Positions 30,902 through 42,826 are shown, numbered from the stretch's first letter. The stretch is DNA of 64,000 nucleotides from Fidelibacterota bacterium (GCA_046861385.1 JBHHTW010000004.1:1-64000); one strand, 5' to 3'. The notes: a model not told the origin generated them from the letters alone. Made by a program: numbers and translations.

Positions 30902-31552
30902 CTAATAATGGCATGTAGCACAATCTAATAAAAGTTGTGTTCTTTCTGTGGCCGCATCGGCGAATTCATGCCCCTTTCGGTGGCAGTCCAAACACCAGCC
31001 CATGGCCAAACTTTCCTGTTGCTTTATCCGCTCCATTGATGCCACATCACCATGACAGCTGGCACAATCCACACCCGCTGTAATATGCGGTTTGTGGCTG
31101 AAGAATACAAAATCAGGCAAATTGTGGACTTTGATCCATTCCACTGCTTTTCCTTCTTTCCCCTCAATGGGTTTCCCCTGGGGGTCATATCCCATCGCCC
31201 CATAAATTTTCACAATCTCTAAAGAGGTTAGGGGTCGGATTTCTCTGCCTTCTTCCTTTGCCTGGTTTTCTTCCAATCGCAGATTATCTCTTGTGGCGGA
31301 GACATACTTATGGCAATTCATACATACATTCGTTGCCGGAATGCCTGCGTGACGACTTTGCCAGGCTCCGTAGTGACAATATTGGCATGATATTTCCATT
31401 TCCCCTGCGTGAAGCCGATGAGAAAAATTAATAGGCTGAACGGGTTCATAATCCTGCTGATTTCCCGGTATATGATAGGTGCTATTGCTGAAGATGATTA
31501 AAACACCTGCGAGAAAAATTAAAATAGTAATCAGTTTAAATTGACTTTTCAT
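30902..31552 (-). CDS. actA: Alternative complex III pentaheme cytochrome c ActA
   Basis: QPINFSHRLH; five CxxCH motifs (CQYCH, CMNCH, CASCH, CLDCH, CATCH); LPDFVFFSH. Confidence 0.92.
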   Translation of the reverse strand: MKSQFKLITILIFLAGVLIIFSNSTYHIPGNQQDYEPVQPINFSHRLHAGEMEISCQYCHYGAWQSRHAGIPATNVCMNCHKYVSATRDNLRLEENQAKEEGREIRPLTSLEIVKIYGAMGYDPQGKPIEGKEGKAVEWIKVHNLPDFVFFSHKPHITAGVDCASCHGDVASMERIKQQESLAMGWCLDCHRKGHEFADAATERTQLLLDCATCHY

Positions 31553-31557
31553 TTATA

Positions 31558-32256
31558 CTATGAATTCAATAATTGTTCTTCCAGCGATATTGCTTTTGGA
31601 AATAAGATATTATTTTCCAAATGAATATGTACATGAATATTTTCTTCTAATTCATTCAAATTGGTGTAAGCAGCCCGATAGGTATTGCAAGCATCTTCAG
31701 GCAAAGTATAACCACTACTTAACAGATTCATCCTTTTCAGAATATCACCGGCATTATCATGTTCCATCTTCATTACAGAAATAGGGCCATTGACAAAAGA
31801 GCTGAAAGCAGCCTGATCAGAAACCATTCTTTTGATGGCGGGAAACAGTATCTGTTCTTCTTTCATCATATGCTGATGAAGTTCAGCTAAAAGACCGTTA
31901 TACAATTTTGCTATTTCAATCGTTTCAGGATGATTTTCCCCATGGACTCGTGCTACTTTATTAATGAATTCGGCAGTAATAGGTCCAAGTTCATAGATGT
32001 ATTTGTGGTGCTGATTATAGATATGTTCAATGAGGGTATCTAAAGCCATAGATTGAAAATCTTCGACTGTTTCCGATTGAACCAAAACAGCATCAATATC
32101 CTTCATCAAATCAGCGATGTTTACACCCTTTTCAGTGCAAGCAGATTCAATCGATTTCTCACCCCCGCAGCAAAAATCTAATCCATATTTTTTGAATACA
32201 TTCGCAGTGCGAATGTTATCAGCAACAATTTGACCGATGGTTTTATTTTCAATCAT
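31558..32256 (-). CDS. ric: Iron-sulfur cluster repair di-iron protein (Ric/YtfE/ScdA)
   Basis: GLDFCCGG, HMMKEEQILFP and HIHLENNILFP motifs. Confidence 0.93.
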   Translation of the reverse strand: MIENKTIGQIVADNIRTANVFKKYGLDFCCGGEKSIESACTEKGVNIADLMKDIDAVLVQSETVEDFQSMALDTLIEHIYNQHHKYIYELGPITAEFINKVARVHGENHPETIEIAKLYNGLLAELHQHMMKEEQILFPAIKRMVSDQAAFSSFVNGPISVMKMEHDNAGDILKRMNLLSSGYTLPEDACNTYRAAYTNLNELEENIHVHIHLENNILFPKAISLEEQLLNS

Positions 32257-32277
32257 TATTTATCCTTTTTTTCTGAA

Positions 32278-33888
32278 TTAAGGGTTTTTATAGTCTGCTT
32301 TTGGTCCCAGGTAATACCAATAATTCAACACAGCGCAGACCGCATAGAAAGCTGCAAACCCATACATCGCAACTTCCGGTGTGCCCAATTTCATATTTTC
32401 ACCAATCACTTTGGGAATAAGGAAAGCGCCATAAGCTGCAACCGCTGATGTCCAACCCAAAACCGGACCCGCCTGTTCTTCATTGAAAACCATTGAAATG
32501 GTCCGGAAGGTTGAGCCGTTTCCAATTCCTGTTGCTGTGAACAAAATGACAAGAAGAACAAAGAAAGGGATAAAAAATTCCTGTGGTGTGGTAGACTGGT
32601 AGGCCAGTTTTGCATAATACCCCACACCGAGAGCTGAAAGAACCATAACAATGGATACAATCTGGGTCACAATTGCGCCACCCACTTTATCAGCAATTTT
32701 TCCACCTATCGGGCGGATGAGAGCACCGATAAATGCACCGACCCAAGCAAACATAAAGGTAGCCGGACCTTCGGGATTTGCCACATGCTGCCATACCCCA
32801 TCAGCACCTAAAATATGTTTTACACCAAAAATGAATTTGATGGAAAGACCCACCGCAGCCGAGAAGCCAATGAATGATCCAAACGTCATAGTATAAATGA
32901 TGGTCATGACCCATGTGTGTTTATTATTAAAAATTTTAAATTGTCGTTCTAAATTCTTTTTAATTTCTCCCGGAGATAACGATTTCATCATTAAAACGGT
33001 GGTAGCAATGACGATTGGGAGAACCACCCATTTAACCCAGGTCAACGCTTTAAACGCAAGGATGAAATAGAGGCCAACGGCGGCTGTTACAAATCCTATA
33101 AGCAGTAGCCAGGAAATTCTTCCAAACGAAACCATAGGACTTTTTAGACCGGGTGTCACTGCTTCTGTTGTTATATTATTCATTCGTTTCCAACCAAAAT
33201 ATGCCAGTGGAACGAGCCACAGCATCCAGACCCAGCCGGCATTAGCAAGCCATGTTTCTGACCCTGCCATAATCCGTTTAAATATGGTTCCGCTATTGCT
33301 TTTTAAAATCATCGATCCACCGCTAAATGCACCCAACATGGGAAATGTCATGACCAATGGAACAAGAATTTGCATGGTGGTTACACCAAAATTTCCCAAT
33401 CCTGCATTCATTCCCAGTGCATAACCCTGCATCCTTTTTGGGAAGAAAAAGCTGATGTTGCTCATGGATGAAGCGAAGTTTCCACCGCCAAATCCAGAAA
33501 GGAACGCCAAAATCTGGAATACCCAGAGAGGCGTATTTCGATCCTGGAGAAAAATTCCAGCTCCAAAAGAGGGAATCATTAGCAATGCGGTTGTAAAGAA
33601 AATTGTATTTCTGCCGCCGGCTAACCGAATAAAAAATGAACTGGGGATCCGCAATGTTGCCCCGGTCAATCCCGCAATCGCTGTAAGTGTAAAAAGTTCA
33701 CTCGGTGTAAAATTAAAACCAAGGTTTTTCATCTGAACTGTAATAATTCCCCACATAAGCCACACAGAGAAACCCACCAAGAGACTTGGAATTGATATCC
33801 AAAGATTTCGTGTGGCGATGGCCTTTCCAGTGGACTCCCAATATTCCTGGTTTTCAATATCCCAATTTTTTAAATCAACATTACTCAT
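32278..33888 (-). CDS. narK: NarK-family nitrate/nitrite transporter (NarK2/NarU-type)
   Basis: ATRNLWIS, GGGNFASSM, AGLGNFG and GIGNGSTF nitrate signatures. Confidence 0.92.
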   Translation of the reverse strand: MSNVDLKNWDIENQEYWESTGKAIATRNLWISIPSLLVGFSVWLMWGIITVQMKNLGFNFTPSELFTLTAIAGLTGATLRIPSSFFIRLAGGRNTIFFTTALLMIPSFGAGIFLQDRNTPLWVFQILAFLSGFGGGNFASSMSNISFFFPKRMQGYALGMNAGLGNFGVTTMQILVPLVMTFPMLGAFSGGSMILKSNSGTIFKRIMAGSETWLANAGWVWMLWLVPLAYFGWKRMNNITTEAVTPGLKSPMVSFGRISWLLLIGFVTAAVGLYFILAFKALTWVKWVVLPIVIATTVLMMKSLSPGEIKKNLERQFKIFNNKHTWVMTIIYTMTFGSFIGFSAAVGLSIKFIFGVKHILGADGVWQHVANPEGPATFMFAWVGAFIGALIRPIGGKIADKVGGAIVTQIVSIVMVLSALGVGYYAKLAYQSTTPQEFFIPFFVLLVILFTATGIGNGSTFRTISMVFNEEQAGPVLGWTSAVAAYGAFLIPKVIGENMKLGTPEVAMYGFAAFYAVCAVLNYWYYLGPKADYKNP

Positions 33889-33917
33889 TTTTATTATTCC
33901 TCATTTAAAAGTTGCAA

Positions 33918-35483
33918 TTATTGGTCAGCAAACGATCCTTTGGGTTCTTCCAAAAATATCCAACAGTAAATAAAACTCAAAAAAGCACCACCAGCGATGA
34001 TGAAAAAGAAAGTCCTGGCATCAACCATCGAATACACTACCAGATAAATCACTGCACCTACATTACCGTATGCACCGGCCATTCCGGCAATTTGTCCTGT
34101 CATTTTTTTATTAATCATGGGAATGACAGCAAATGTCGCTCCCTCTGCCCCTTGAACAAACATGGAGGCTAAAATAGTAATAACAATGGATATAATCAAC
34201 CAGCCGGTTCCATCAAACATAGGTACAACTGTTTGGACACCATCTACCACAGGTCCCCAATTACTAATATTTGCCATACCCAGAAAACCAAGGGCGATTC
34301 CGAGCATATATATGAGCATGGTTTTTTTCCGGTTTTTCATTGTGTCGGACAAAAGACCACCCAGAGGACGTGCAAACAAATTTACAAAAGCAAATGATGA
34401 GGCAATGACACCGGCTAAAGTCGCCGTCATGATGTAATTCCCTTCACTGCCAACTAATTTAGAAAAAGTCATTTCAAAAAACATAGGCAGCATGGAAACA
34501 ACTGCCAACTCTGAACCAAAATTTGCAAAATAAGTACTGTTTAATGCTGCAACACTGGACCAGTGATATTTTTCCTCTTCAGGAACACCTGCCTTTAAAT
34601 ATGGGAGATTGATTTGAAGTGTTTTCATCACATGCCCGATATAGATCAATGCCAGTAAAACGTAAACCATGGTAAGTACATTTGATGATATTAATGGCAG
34701 GCCATTGACGTTTATATTACCAATCCGCCATGCCAAAACACCCATGGCGCCCACGAGGGGAAAAGACCAAGCAAGGTATTGGACTAAATCTCCGTATGAC
34801 GTAACAATCATAGGTTCTGTTTTTTTTGTTTTTGCAATGGGACGATCGTCTGAATGATCTTTTACCAAAAAATAGTACATAAAACCATAGATGAATGAAA
34901 CACCACCGTTAAATGCCAATGCATACCGCCAGGCATCACCGTCAAGCCCCAGATATTCATTGAAGAAATTCACCGCAATCCAAGGCAGCGTCATGGCTGC
35001 AAAAGCAGATCCAAAATTTCCCCATCCGGCGTAAAATCCTTCCGCTCTTCCGATCATCTTCGGCGGGAACCAATTGGCCACCATTTTAATTCCAACGACA
35101 AATCCCGCGCCTATAGTACCCAGCACCAGCCGCGACACAAGCAGTTGGATGAATGTGTTTCCAAACGCAAAAAACATGGCAGGAATCGCCATCACGACCA
35201 TTAGCCCGGAGAATACAATTCGAGGTCCATATCTGTCAATAAGTGCGCCAATAATGATTCGGGCCGGGATCGTTAAAGCAACATTGCTGATAGCCAATAC
35301 TTTTAAATGTTCCCGAGTTAACCAGCTCACATTTTTTAACATCGTTGTTGCCAATGGCGCCATGTTAAACCAAACATAAAAAGTAATAAAAAATGCTATC
35401 CAGGTATAATGGAGAACACGTATCCGTTCTTTACTAAAATCCAGTATTTCAGGTAACTGCCGTTTTGTACTATCGTGAATCAT
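33918..35483 (-). CDS. narK: NarK/NRT2-family nitrate/nitrite transporter (second, divergent type)
   Basis: AEGFYAGWGNFGS, FGSELAVVSMLP and GMAGAYGNVG motifs. Confidence 0.88.
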   Translation of the reverse strand: MIHDSTKRQLPEILDFSKERIRVLHYTWIAFFITFYVWFNMAPLATTMLKNVSWLTREHLKVLAISNVALTIPARIIIGALIDRYGPRIVFSGLMVVMAIPAMFFAFGNTFIQLLVSRLVLGTIGAGFVVGIKMVANWFPPKMIGRAEGFYAGWGNFGSAFAAMTLPWIAVNFFNEYLGLDGDAWRYALAFNGGVSFIYGFMYYFLVKDHSDDRPIAKTKKTEPMIVTSYGDLVQYLAWSFPLVGAMGVLAWRIGNINVNGLPLISSNVLTMVYVLLALIYIGHVMKTLQINLPYLKAGVPEEEKYHWSSVAALNSTYFANFGSELAVVSMLPMFFEMTFSKLVGSEGNYIMTATLAGVIASSFAFVNLFARPLGGLLSDTMKNRKKTMLIYMLGIALGFLGMANISNWGPVVDGVQTVVPMFDGTGWLIISIVITILASMFVQGAEGATFAVIPMINKKMTGQIAGMAGAYGNVGAVIYLVVYSMVDARTFFFIIAGGAFLSFIYCWIFLEEPKGSFADQ

Positions 35484-35507
35484 TGTATCCTCTAATGTTT
35501 AATTAAG

Positions 35508-36221
35508 TTAAATATTAGTATTTGTTCTAATTTTTTTCCGATCCCAATACCATCTAACCACTTGTGTTTTTCGCCATAAATATGGATTGGGGAGTACAAG
35601 GATGTGCACCAGGCGCGTATACGGAAATAAAAGAATGATTGAGAAAGCGCCGATGATATGCAATTTGACCAATAAGGGCATGGATGCGATATAGGATAAA
35701 TCCGGATTAAGCGTTAATACTGACCAGAGATAAGGTGATAGCGATGCTGCAAACCAGCTGGAACCCCAACGATGAAAATATGCAGTCAAAATCCCTGTGA
35801 TCACCTGGAATGCAAGAATACCTAAAACAATCCAATCAGCCTTGGAAGTAACGAATCGTGCTCGCGCATTGGTTTTCCTTCTGGAGATTATATTAATTAG
35901 GCCTACCAATGTCACGAGTCCAAAAATGAACATGGCTATTTCCATAACATATAGTCGGGCAGGAACGCTGTTCCACCAGAGAACTGTTTCAGGGACCAAG
36001 AACCATATAAGATGAGCCGTAAGGACAGAAATGATACCATAATGAAATGGAACCAAACCCCAGAAATGCTGTCTGTTTTCTAAAAATTGCGACGATAAAC
36101 TTGAATAGGTGAACGCCTTTGAACGATAACGCTGAATCGTAACAATAAAAAATGTAAATAATGTCATATACGGATACAACTCAAAGAAAAATGTATCGAG
36201 ATAATTTTGAAAAATATCCAT
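35508..36221 (-). CDS. narI: Respiratory nitrate reductase gamma subunit (cytochrome b)
   Basis: SSQFLE, FHYG, TAH, KLH and PYTRLVH heme-b His ligands. Confidence 0.95.
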   Translation of the reverse strand: MDIFQNYLDTFFFELYPYMTLFTFFIVTIQRYRSKAFTYSSLSSQFLENRQHFWGLVPFHYGIISVLTAHLIWFLVPETVLWWNSVPARLYVMEIAMFIFGLVTLVGLINIISRRKTNARARFVTSKADWIVLGILAFQVITGILTAYFHRWGSSWFAASLSPYLWSVLTLNPDLSYIASMPLLVKLHIIGAFSIILLFPYTRLVHILVLPNPYLWRKTQVVRWYWDRKKIRTNTNI

Positions 36222-36745
36222 TAGGCTTGAACCTCCTCATCATAAGTGTGATGCAGCAGCACATCATTGATAAATTGCATTAAATGTTTGTATGGATTTT
36301 CGGTGTCGCCAAATCCTTCAATAATCTTTTCCGTAGCCGGGATAACGTAGGATTTGATAAATACCTTGCGGTTTTCTTCGTCCAAATGAGGCAACATAGA
36401 TAGAATATGTGTCAGATGGTCCGGCAATTCGGATGTTTCCGGAATTTCGAAGCCCCGAAGCATTTCCCGTACACGAACCATAAACATACCTCGCTCGTAA
36501 TTTTCACCATGCAAATGCCAACCCAAATCCAGACATGTTGTAGGATTCAGATCAAAAGTGTGGGTGAAGTCTTCCTGGAGTTTAGATAGGACGGTTTCTC
36601 TGACATAATCGCTAAATATTTGAAATTCCGATATATCATGATCCCCTGCTGATATCTCTATTTTTTCCAGGTTAATACTCATGTCTGTTTCCGGATAGGA
36701 GATTAAGGGTACCAAGTCGGTGTATATGGATGAATTCATTTTCAT
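36221..36745 (-). CDS. narJ: Nitrate reductase Moco assembly chaperone
   Basis: HTFD, GENYERG, ELPDHL and NPY motifs; TAATG coupling with the narH stop. Confidence 0.9.
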   Translation of the reverse strand: MKMNSSIYTDLVPLISYPETDMSINLEKIEISAGDHDISEFQIFSDYVRETVLSKLQEDFTHTFDLNPTTCLDLGWHLHGENYERGMFMVRVREMLRGFEIPETSELPDHLTHILSMLPHLDEENRKVFIKSYVIPATEKIIEGFGDTENPYKHLMQFINDVLLHHTYDEEVQA

Positions 36746-38235
36746 TACCATCCCCGATCAGGCGCATCCCGGAATCCAAACCCGGCACTTTGTTTATGTT
36801 CAAGCGGATCTTTCATCATTTCGATTGCTTCTTCTCGATGTGCCGCCGGGATGACAAAACGATCTTCGAAAGTACACAAGGATGTGAGTTTATAGATGAC
36901 ATCCGCTTCTTCCGGAGAACAGTCTGCTTCCAACAAAGCTTTTTCAGCGTCCAGAAGATCAATGTCACCAACAGTTAACGCCCGGCGATATGTCCGGACT
37001 GCGGACTGTTTCTTTAGGACATACCGTAAATGACTTTCATTACCGCCACCAAACATTTTGGCCAGATATTTAATGGGAACACGCGCTTTTTCGAAATCAG
37101 GGAAAAATTCGTCGTTGATATTCCTGACCGAGTCCCCGTCCTGGGCAGACATGACCGGCAGCATGGGCGGTACATAGAACAGCATGGGTAATGTACGGTA
37201 TTCAACGTGCGGTGGCAGGGCAATTCCCCAATCCTTAACAAACTTATAGACAGGTGATTCCTGGGCTGCTTTGATAGTAGAATCAGCAATTCCGTTCTTT
37301 TTCGCTTCTCGAATAACTGTTTCGTCAAACGGATTCAAAATCATGTCCCGCTGTGCATCCACCAATTCATTGTCAGGCCGCTTGGCTGTTGCTTCAATCA
37401 TTTCTGCATCATAAAGCAGGACTCCCAGGTACCGAATTCTGCCAACGCAGGAATGGAAGCAAGCCGGAGCTTGTCCCGTCTCAACTCTAGGAAAGCAAAG
37501 AATGCATTTTTCAGATTTACCTGTATTCCAATTATAATATGTTTTTTTGTATGGACAGGCTGAAATGCAGGATCGCCATGCACGACAACGGGATTGATCC
37601 AGCAATACGATTCCGTCTTCTCCCCTTTTATACAAAGCGCCAGAAGGACAGGACGCAACACAGGATGGATTAACACAATGATTACAAATACGTGGGAAAT
37701 AGAACATCATTAGCCGTTCAATGGCAAACATCTGTTCTCTTTGTTCTTCGGATAAACTGTCCAGATTAATGTCATTTTCAGCATAAATCGGAGAGCCGCC
37801 TAAATCGTCATCCCAATTAGGTCCCGCTTCAATATCCATTTCTTCGCCCGTCACCATTGAAATAGGCTTTGCAGTAGGCTGGTCATCCATTTCCGGAGAA
37901 TCAAATAAATCTTTGTATTTATAGGTCCATGGTTCGTAGTAATCATCCAGTGTCGGCATATTGGGATTGTGGAAAATATTCGTGACTGTTTTGGTTTTAC
38001 TCGTAGAACGCAGTTTGAGTTCGCCATTTTTCAATTCCCAGCCGCCCTTATATTTATCTTGATCCTCCCAGCGGGTGGGAAATCCGGTTCCAGGTTTGGT
38101 TTCTACATTATTCCACCACATGTATTCGGTTCCTTTGCGATCAGTCCATATATTTTTACAGGCAATACTGCATGTATGGCAGCCGATACATTTGTCCAGA
38201 TGAAACACCATTGATATTTGACTTCTGATATCCAT
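36745..38235 (-). CDS. narH: Respiratory nitrate reductase beta subunit
   Basis: LDKCIGCHTCSIACK, CNHCVNPSCVASCP and EYRTLPM motifs. Confidence 0.97.
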   Translation of the reverse strand: MDIRSQISMVFHLDKCIGCHTCSIACKNIWTDRKGTEYMWWNNVETKPGTGFPTRWEDQDKYKGGWELKNGELKLRSTSKTKTVTNIFHNPNMPTLDDYYEPWTYKYKDLFDSPEMDDQPTAKPISMVTGEEMDIEAGPNWDDDLGGSPIYAENDINLDSLSEEQREQMFAIERLMMFYFPRICNHCVNPSCVASCPSGALYKRGEDGIVLLDQSRCRAWRSCISACPYKKTYYNWNTGKSEKCILCFPRVETGQAPACFHSCVGRIRYLGVLLYDAEMIEATAKRPDNELVDAQRDMILNPFDETVIREAKKNGIADSTIKAAQESPVYKFVKDWGIALPPHVEYRTLPMLFYVPPMLPVMSAQDGDSVRNINDEFFPDFEKARVPIKYLAKMFGGGNESHLRYVLKKQSAVRTYRRALTVGDIDLLDAEKALLEADCSPEEADVIYKLTSLCTFEDRFVIPAAHREEAIEMMKDPLEHKQSAGFGFRDAPDRGW

Positions 38236-38348
38236 TTTATTTTATCCAATTATTTGCCGCAAAAGATAGAAAAAGCAAGATTAGAGCCTTCCCACCCGCA
38301 ACGGTTTTTATTAAATCATTTCTATTGTGAATTGTATGACTTTCCATA

Positions 38349-41300
38349 TTACCAGTTCAAAATTGGCAGTTTGCGCACCATGATGAAAGTATCCCGGTTT
38401 GCACCCGTGGGACCCCAGTAATTAAAGTGGTAAGAAAATTGTCCATAACCGCCAACCATTAAATTCGGCTTAAGACGCGCTCGGGTCAGACTATTATTCA
38501 TCCCTGCCCGTTTGTTCCCGCGCATGGGTGACTTCGGTACAGACAATGTTCGTTCAGTAGCGTGATAAATAATCACGATCCCGCGGGGAATTCTAACACT
38601 GACATTGGCTCGGGTTACAACGACACCATTATCGTTATAAACCTCTACCCAATCGTTGTCTACGATACCTAATTCTTCTGCATCTTTATCATTAATCCAG
38701 AATGGCTCCACACCCCGGCTTAATGTGGACATACGATGATTATCTCCATAAGTGGAGTGGATATGCCATTTCCCGTGAGGCGTAAGATAGTTAAACGTTT
38801 TTGTCGGGAATTCACTTTCACTCACGGCTAATTCAGAAAACTGCAGAGGCGTTGGTTTTGGTTTATAAGTGGGTAAATTTTCACCAAATTGTATATATCC
38901 GGGATGATCCAGGTAAAAGTGCTGACGCCCCGTAAGCGTCCGCCAAGGAACCAGCCGTTCTACATTATATGTAAATGGAGAATATGCGCGACCATTTTCC
39001 AGAAGACCTGACCACATCGGAGTATTATGTAACCGTTGCGGTTGAGAACATAAATCATCGTAACTCATTCGGACTCCTCGATTCTTCTCCGCCAAATCAG
39101 CCAACACCAAGCCCGTTCGTTTTTCCATATTTTTATAGGAGCGGTAGGCCAATTCTCCGTTGGTTACACTGGCCAACTGAAGAACAATATTGCAGACTTC
39201 CTTTGATTCTTTCAAGGATGGATATGTTTCCCCATCCCAAGTTTCTGTGGGTGTTTCAACTTTCAACCTTTCATATTCGTCTTTGACGTGGTAATGGGTT
39301 CCATGAGCGCCCAATCCATTAGCCGGTACATTGGGACCGTATGAAATATATCGATTGTATAGATTTTGATAATCCCTTTTGACAACCTTCATCCCGGGCA
39401 TTGTTTTTCCAGGGACAGCTTCCACTTCCCCGTTGATCCATTCCTTGATTTCTGTTTGGGCAATTTCTGCAGGTGTATCATGAAGTAAGGGAACCGAAAC
39501 GACGTCTTCTATGGGATCAGGAAAATGTTTCTCGGAGATTTTCGAGAATGTTTCAGCAATCGACTTAAAAATATCCCAGTCACTTTTGGATTCCCATGCA
39601 GGCGGAACTGCTTCGGCTAAAGGATGAATAAAACTATGCATATCCGTCGAGTTTAAATCGGCTTTTTCATACCAGGTTGCAGCCGGCAAAATAATGTCTG
39701 AATAGAGGGCAGATGTATCCATTCGGAAATTCAGGTCCACAACTAAATCCATTTTCCCCTGGGGTACTTTATCATGCCATACTACTTCTTCGGTGGAGCC
39801 TTCTGCAAATCGACTATCCGATACCTGATTCGTATGGGTACCCAGATAATGGTCTAAAAAGAATTCATGCCCTTTGGCGCTTCCGCCGATGGCGTTCCCA
39901 CGCCAAACAAACCAAACTCGGGGCCAATTATCTGAATTGTCGGGATCTTCAATTGAATATTTCATTTCCCGCTTTTTCAATTTTTCAACTACGTAATCAA
40001 TAATATCTTTTTCATCTTTAGCACCGTTGGCACGAGCTTCGGTCGCTAATTCCAACGGGTTGGCTTCAAACTGGGGATAAAAAGGCAACCAGCCATTTCG
40101 TACAGCTTTAATATTTACATCAATTGTATGACCTTTGGCCAGACTATCTTCCGGTTGGTCTCCCGGGACGGTGTGGTAATCGGTAAACGATTTCTCATAC
40201 CGCCATTGGTCCGAATGGACATAATGCCAACTGGGTGTATTTTGAAGACGCGATGGGCCAAACCAGTCTTTTGCCAAAGCGATCGATGCCCAGGATTCAC
40301 CCGGTGCTAATTTTTCCTGCCCGACATAATGCGCCAAGCCGCCGCCGTTTTTCCCGATACATCCGGTAAACATCAGTGCATGAATCGCTGCACGATACAT
40401 AAGATTGGCATGGTACCAATGGTTGATTCCGGCGCCTATAATCACTGTACATTTCCCACCTGTTTTTTCGGCTGTATTCGCCCACTCTCTGGCAAATCGA
40501 ATTAATGTATCCGGAGAAATCCCCGTATACTTTTCCGCCCATGCTGGTGTGTAATTCGAATCGTCTTCGTAAGAATCAGAATATCCGTCCAAACCGCGAC
40601 CGACACCGTATTGTGCCATGAGCAAATCATAGACGGTTGTAACAAGTACTTTTCCATTCTCTGTTTCGATATTTTTCGCCGGCACATTCCGCGTAATTGT
40701 ATCTCCTTCACAGAAGTCATCCAATTCAACGGAAATAATATTATCAGAATCGTTTAAAAATGTAAGCTTTGGTTCAATCTTGGATCCATCCACTGCATCT
40801 TCCAATTTGAGGTTCCATTTCCCTGTATCTTCATTTGCCCATCGATGACCTACAGAACCCAAAGGAACTTTTGTTTTGTTATCCCCTTCATCCCACATAA
40901 GGAATTTCCAGTCACCATTCTCAATATCTTTGTAATTAGCAAGTCTGTTGGCTCGGAGCAATTGTCCTGCTTGATAAGTATCATCCTTTTTTGTCAATTC
41001 AACCAGAAAAGGTGAATCGGTATATTGTTTGGAATAATCCAGAAATGATTTCGACTGCTTTTCGTGATGAAATTCTTTTAGGATAACATGATTAACTGCC
41101 ATCCACCAGGCGCCATCCTGTCCGGCGTTTATAGAAATCCATTCATCAGCATATTTGGATACTTGAGAAAAATCAGGAGAAAAAACAACCATCTTCGTCC
41201 CATTGTGGCGTGCTTCTGCGGCAAAGTGGACGTCGGGTGTTCGGGTCATATTTAGGTTGGCGCCCATAACAGCCAACATCTTGGCATTATACCAATCAGC

Positions 41301-41987
41301 CGATTCCTGAACGTCTGTTTGCTCTCCCCAGGTTTCCGGCGATGCGTTTGGTAAATCACAATACCAGTCATAAAAAGAAAGAGATACACCTCCGATAAGC
41401 TGCATTAGCCGTGCGCCGGATGCATAGCTAATCATAGACATAGCCGGGATGGGAGAAAACCCGGCGATTCGGTCCGGGCCATGTTCTTTGATGGTATGTG
41501 CCATGGAAGCAGCAATAATTTCCCGAACTGTATCCCAATTGGCACGACGAAAACCGCCTTTTCCGCGGGCTCGCTGCCACCGTTTGCGTTTTTCCGGATC
41601 GTTCACCATAGACTGCCACGCCTCCACCGGATCATCAAATTCTGATTTAGCTTCGTTCCATAAATCTAATAGTATACCGCGAATGGTCGGATATTTCACT
41701 CTCAACGGGCTATATAAATACCACGAAAATGAAATACCTCGTTGGCATCCTCTGGGCTCATAAGGTGGAATGCCGTGCTCAAGTTTTGGATAATCTAGTC
41801 CCTGCATTTCCCAAGTGACAATTCCGTCTTTTACATGAATTTGCCACGTGCAGCTTCCGGTGCAATTAACACCATGTGTGCTGCGAATAACCTTATCATA
41901 CTGCCAGCGATTTCGGTAAAATTCTTCCCAGCTTCGGTTTTTGGGTGAAACGTCATCCTGTATCCAGGACAATTTTTTATTACTCAT
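38349..41987 (-). CDS. narG: Respiratory nitrate reductase alpha subunit (cytoplasm-facing)
   Basis: [22 protein letters not shown] and [11 protein letters not shown] motifs; no Tat signal. Confidence 0.97.
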   Translation of the reverse strand: MSNKKLSWIQDDVSPKNRSWEEFYRNRWQYDKVIRSTHGVNCTGSCTWQIHVKDGIVTWEMQGLDYPKLEHGIPPYEPRGCQRGISFSWYLYSPLRVKYPTIRGILLDLWNEAKSEFDDPVEAWQSMVNDPEKRKRWQRARGKGGFRRANWDTVREIIAASMAHTIKEHGPDRIAGFSPIPAMSMISYASGARLMQLIGGVSLSFYDWYCDLPNASPETWGEQTDVQESADWYNAKMLAVMGANLNMTRTPDVHFAAEARHNGTKMVVFSPDFSQVSKYADEWISINAGQDGAWWMAVNHVILKEFHHEKQSKSFLDYSKQYTDSPFLVELTKKDDTYQAGQLLRANRLANYKDIENGDWKFLMWDEGDNKTKVPLGSVGHRWANEDTGKWNLKLEDAVDGSKIEPKLTFLNDSDNIISVELDDFCEGDTITRNVPAKNIETENGKVLVTTVYDLLMAQYGVGRGLDGYSDSYEDDSNYTPAWAEKYTGISPDTLIRFAREWANTAEKTGGKCTVIIGAGINHWYHANLMYRAAIHALMFTGCIGKNGGGLAHYVGQEKLAPGESWASIALAKDWFGPSRLQNTPSWHYVHSDQWRYEKSFTDYHTVPGDQPEDSLAKGHTIDVNIKAVRNGWLPFYPQFEANPLELATEARANGAKDEKDIIDYVVEKLKKREMKYSIEDPDNSDNWPRVWFVWRGNAIGGSAKGHEFFLDHYLGTHTNQVSDSRFAEGSTEEVVWHDKVPQGKMDLVVDLNFRMDTSALYSDIILPAATWYEKADLNSTDMHSFIHPLAEAVPPAWESKSDWDIFKSIAETFSKISEKHFPDPIEDVVSVPLLHDTPAEIAQTEIKEWINGEVEAVPGKTMPGMKVVKRDYQNLYNRYISYGPNVPANGLGAHGTHYHVKDEYERLKVETPTETWDGETYPSLKESKEVCNIVLQLASVTNGELAYRSYKNMEKRTGLVLADLAEKNRGVRMSYDDLCSQPQRLHNTPMWSGLLENGRAYSPFTYNVERLVPWRTLTGRQHFYLDHPGYIQFGENLPTYKPKPTPLQFSELAVSESEFPTKTFNYLTPHGKWHIHSTYGDNHRMSTLSRGVEPFWINDKDAEELGIVDNDWVEVYNDNGVVVTRANVSVRIPRGIVIIYHATERTLSVPKSPMRGNKRAGMNNSLTRARLKPNLMVGGYGQFSYHFNYWGPTGANRDTFIMVRKLPILNW

Positions 41988-42826
41988 TATAATTCTCCTC
42001 TAACCATCGGTTTACGAACAGCCTTTAAACGACCACCCCATGCAAGGTCAAACAAAACCAGAATGAGTGCCAAACCGATAAATCCAAATATCATGAAATT
42101 AAAATTGTGAACATCGCTCACCTTTTCATTCCCCTCAGCTTTATTTTTTAGAAAAGCTACGAGGGGTAAAACTTCATTCTCATCAATAGGATGTTTTTTA
42201 TAAATGGGGGACATGGTTGCAGAAGCTGGATTGGCTAACCACGCTGCCGCAGCTGTTTTGCCACCCAGTCGCCCATAAGCTTGGGTTAAGTCCGGCCCCA
42301 AATGACCGCCGCCGAGAAAGCCCTCCCCTGCGGCCAAATGACAGCTAATACATGAAGGACCGCTGTTTTTTAGCTGGGTTGTTCCCAGAAATAACGCACG
42401 TCCAATTTGATAGTCTTCGTCAGTCAATGGACGGTCTGCAATCGTTGAACCGGCAAACCGGGATTTCTCTTTTTGAGATTCTTCTTTGATAAATTTAAGC
42501 AATGCCCGAGCCATGGATGGATCCATCTTGGCTATTTTTGGCATCACCACACCGCGTGCCTCTTTTAACAATTTTAATGCATAGACATCACCGGAATTAA
42601 TGGCGCTCTGGGGATTAACAATAAATTTTTCTAGCCAATCGCTATTTTTTCTATCCTGCACGTTTTTCAGATCAGGACCTGCTAGCCTTCCTCCACCGAT
42701 TGTATGACAACTAACACAGTTGTTTGCAAAAAATTCTTCTGCATTATTTTGACTGAAAATATTTCCATGAATTAAGATAGTTAAAACAAATAAGTAAATA
42801 TATTTAGGTTGTAATATCTTTTTCAT
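41987..42826 (-). CDS. narC: Membrane-anchored diheme cytochrome c (NarC-like)
   Basis: Signal peptide, CVSCH and CISCH each followed by GPDL, C-terminal TM helix; TAATG overlap with narG. Confidence 0.75.
   Translation of the reverse strand: MKKILQPKYIYLFVLTILIHGNIFSQNNAEEFFANNCVSCHTIGGGRLAGPDLKNVQDRKNSDWLEKFIVNPQSAINSGDVYALKLLKEARGVVMPKIAKMDPSMARALLKFIKEESQKEKSRFAGSTIADRPLTDEDYQIGRALFLGTTQLKNSGPSCISCHLAAGEGFLGGGHLGPDLTQAYGRLGGKTAAAAWLANPASATMSPIYKKHPIDENEVLPLVAFLKNKAEGNEKVSDVHNFNFMIFGFIGLALILVLFDLAWGGRLKAVRKPMVRGEL

Noticed and set aside
38349-41987. Nitrite oxidoreductase or periplasmic Nar
   Set aside because: No Tat signal, canonical narJ/narI and NarK transporters, and heterotrophic context. 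A phylogeny would be needed to exclude NXR formally.
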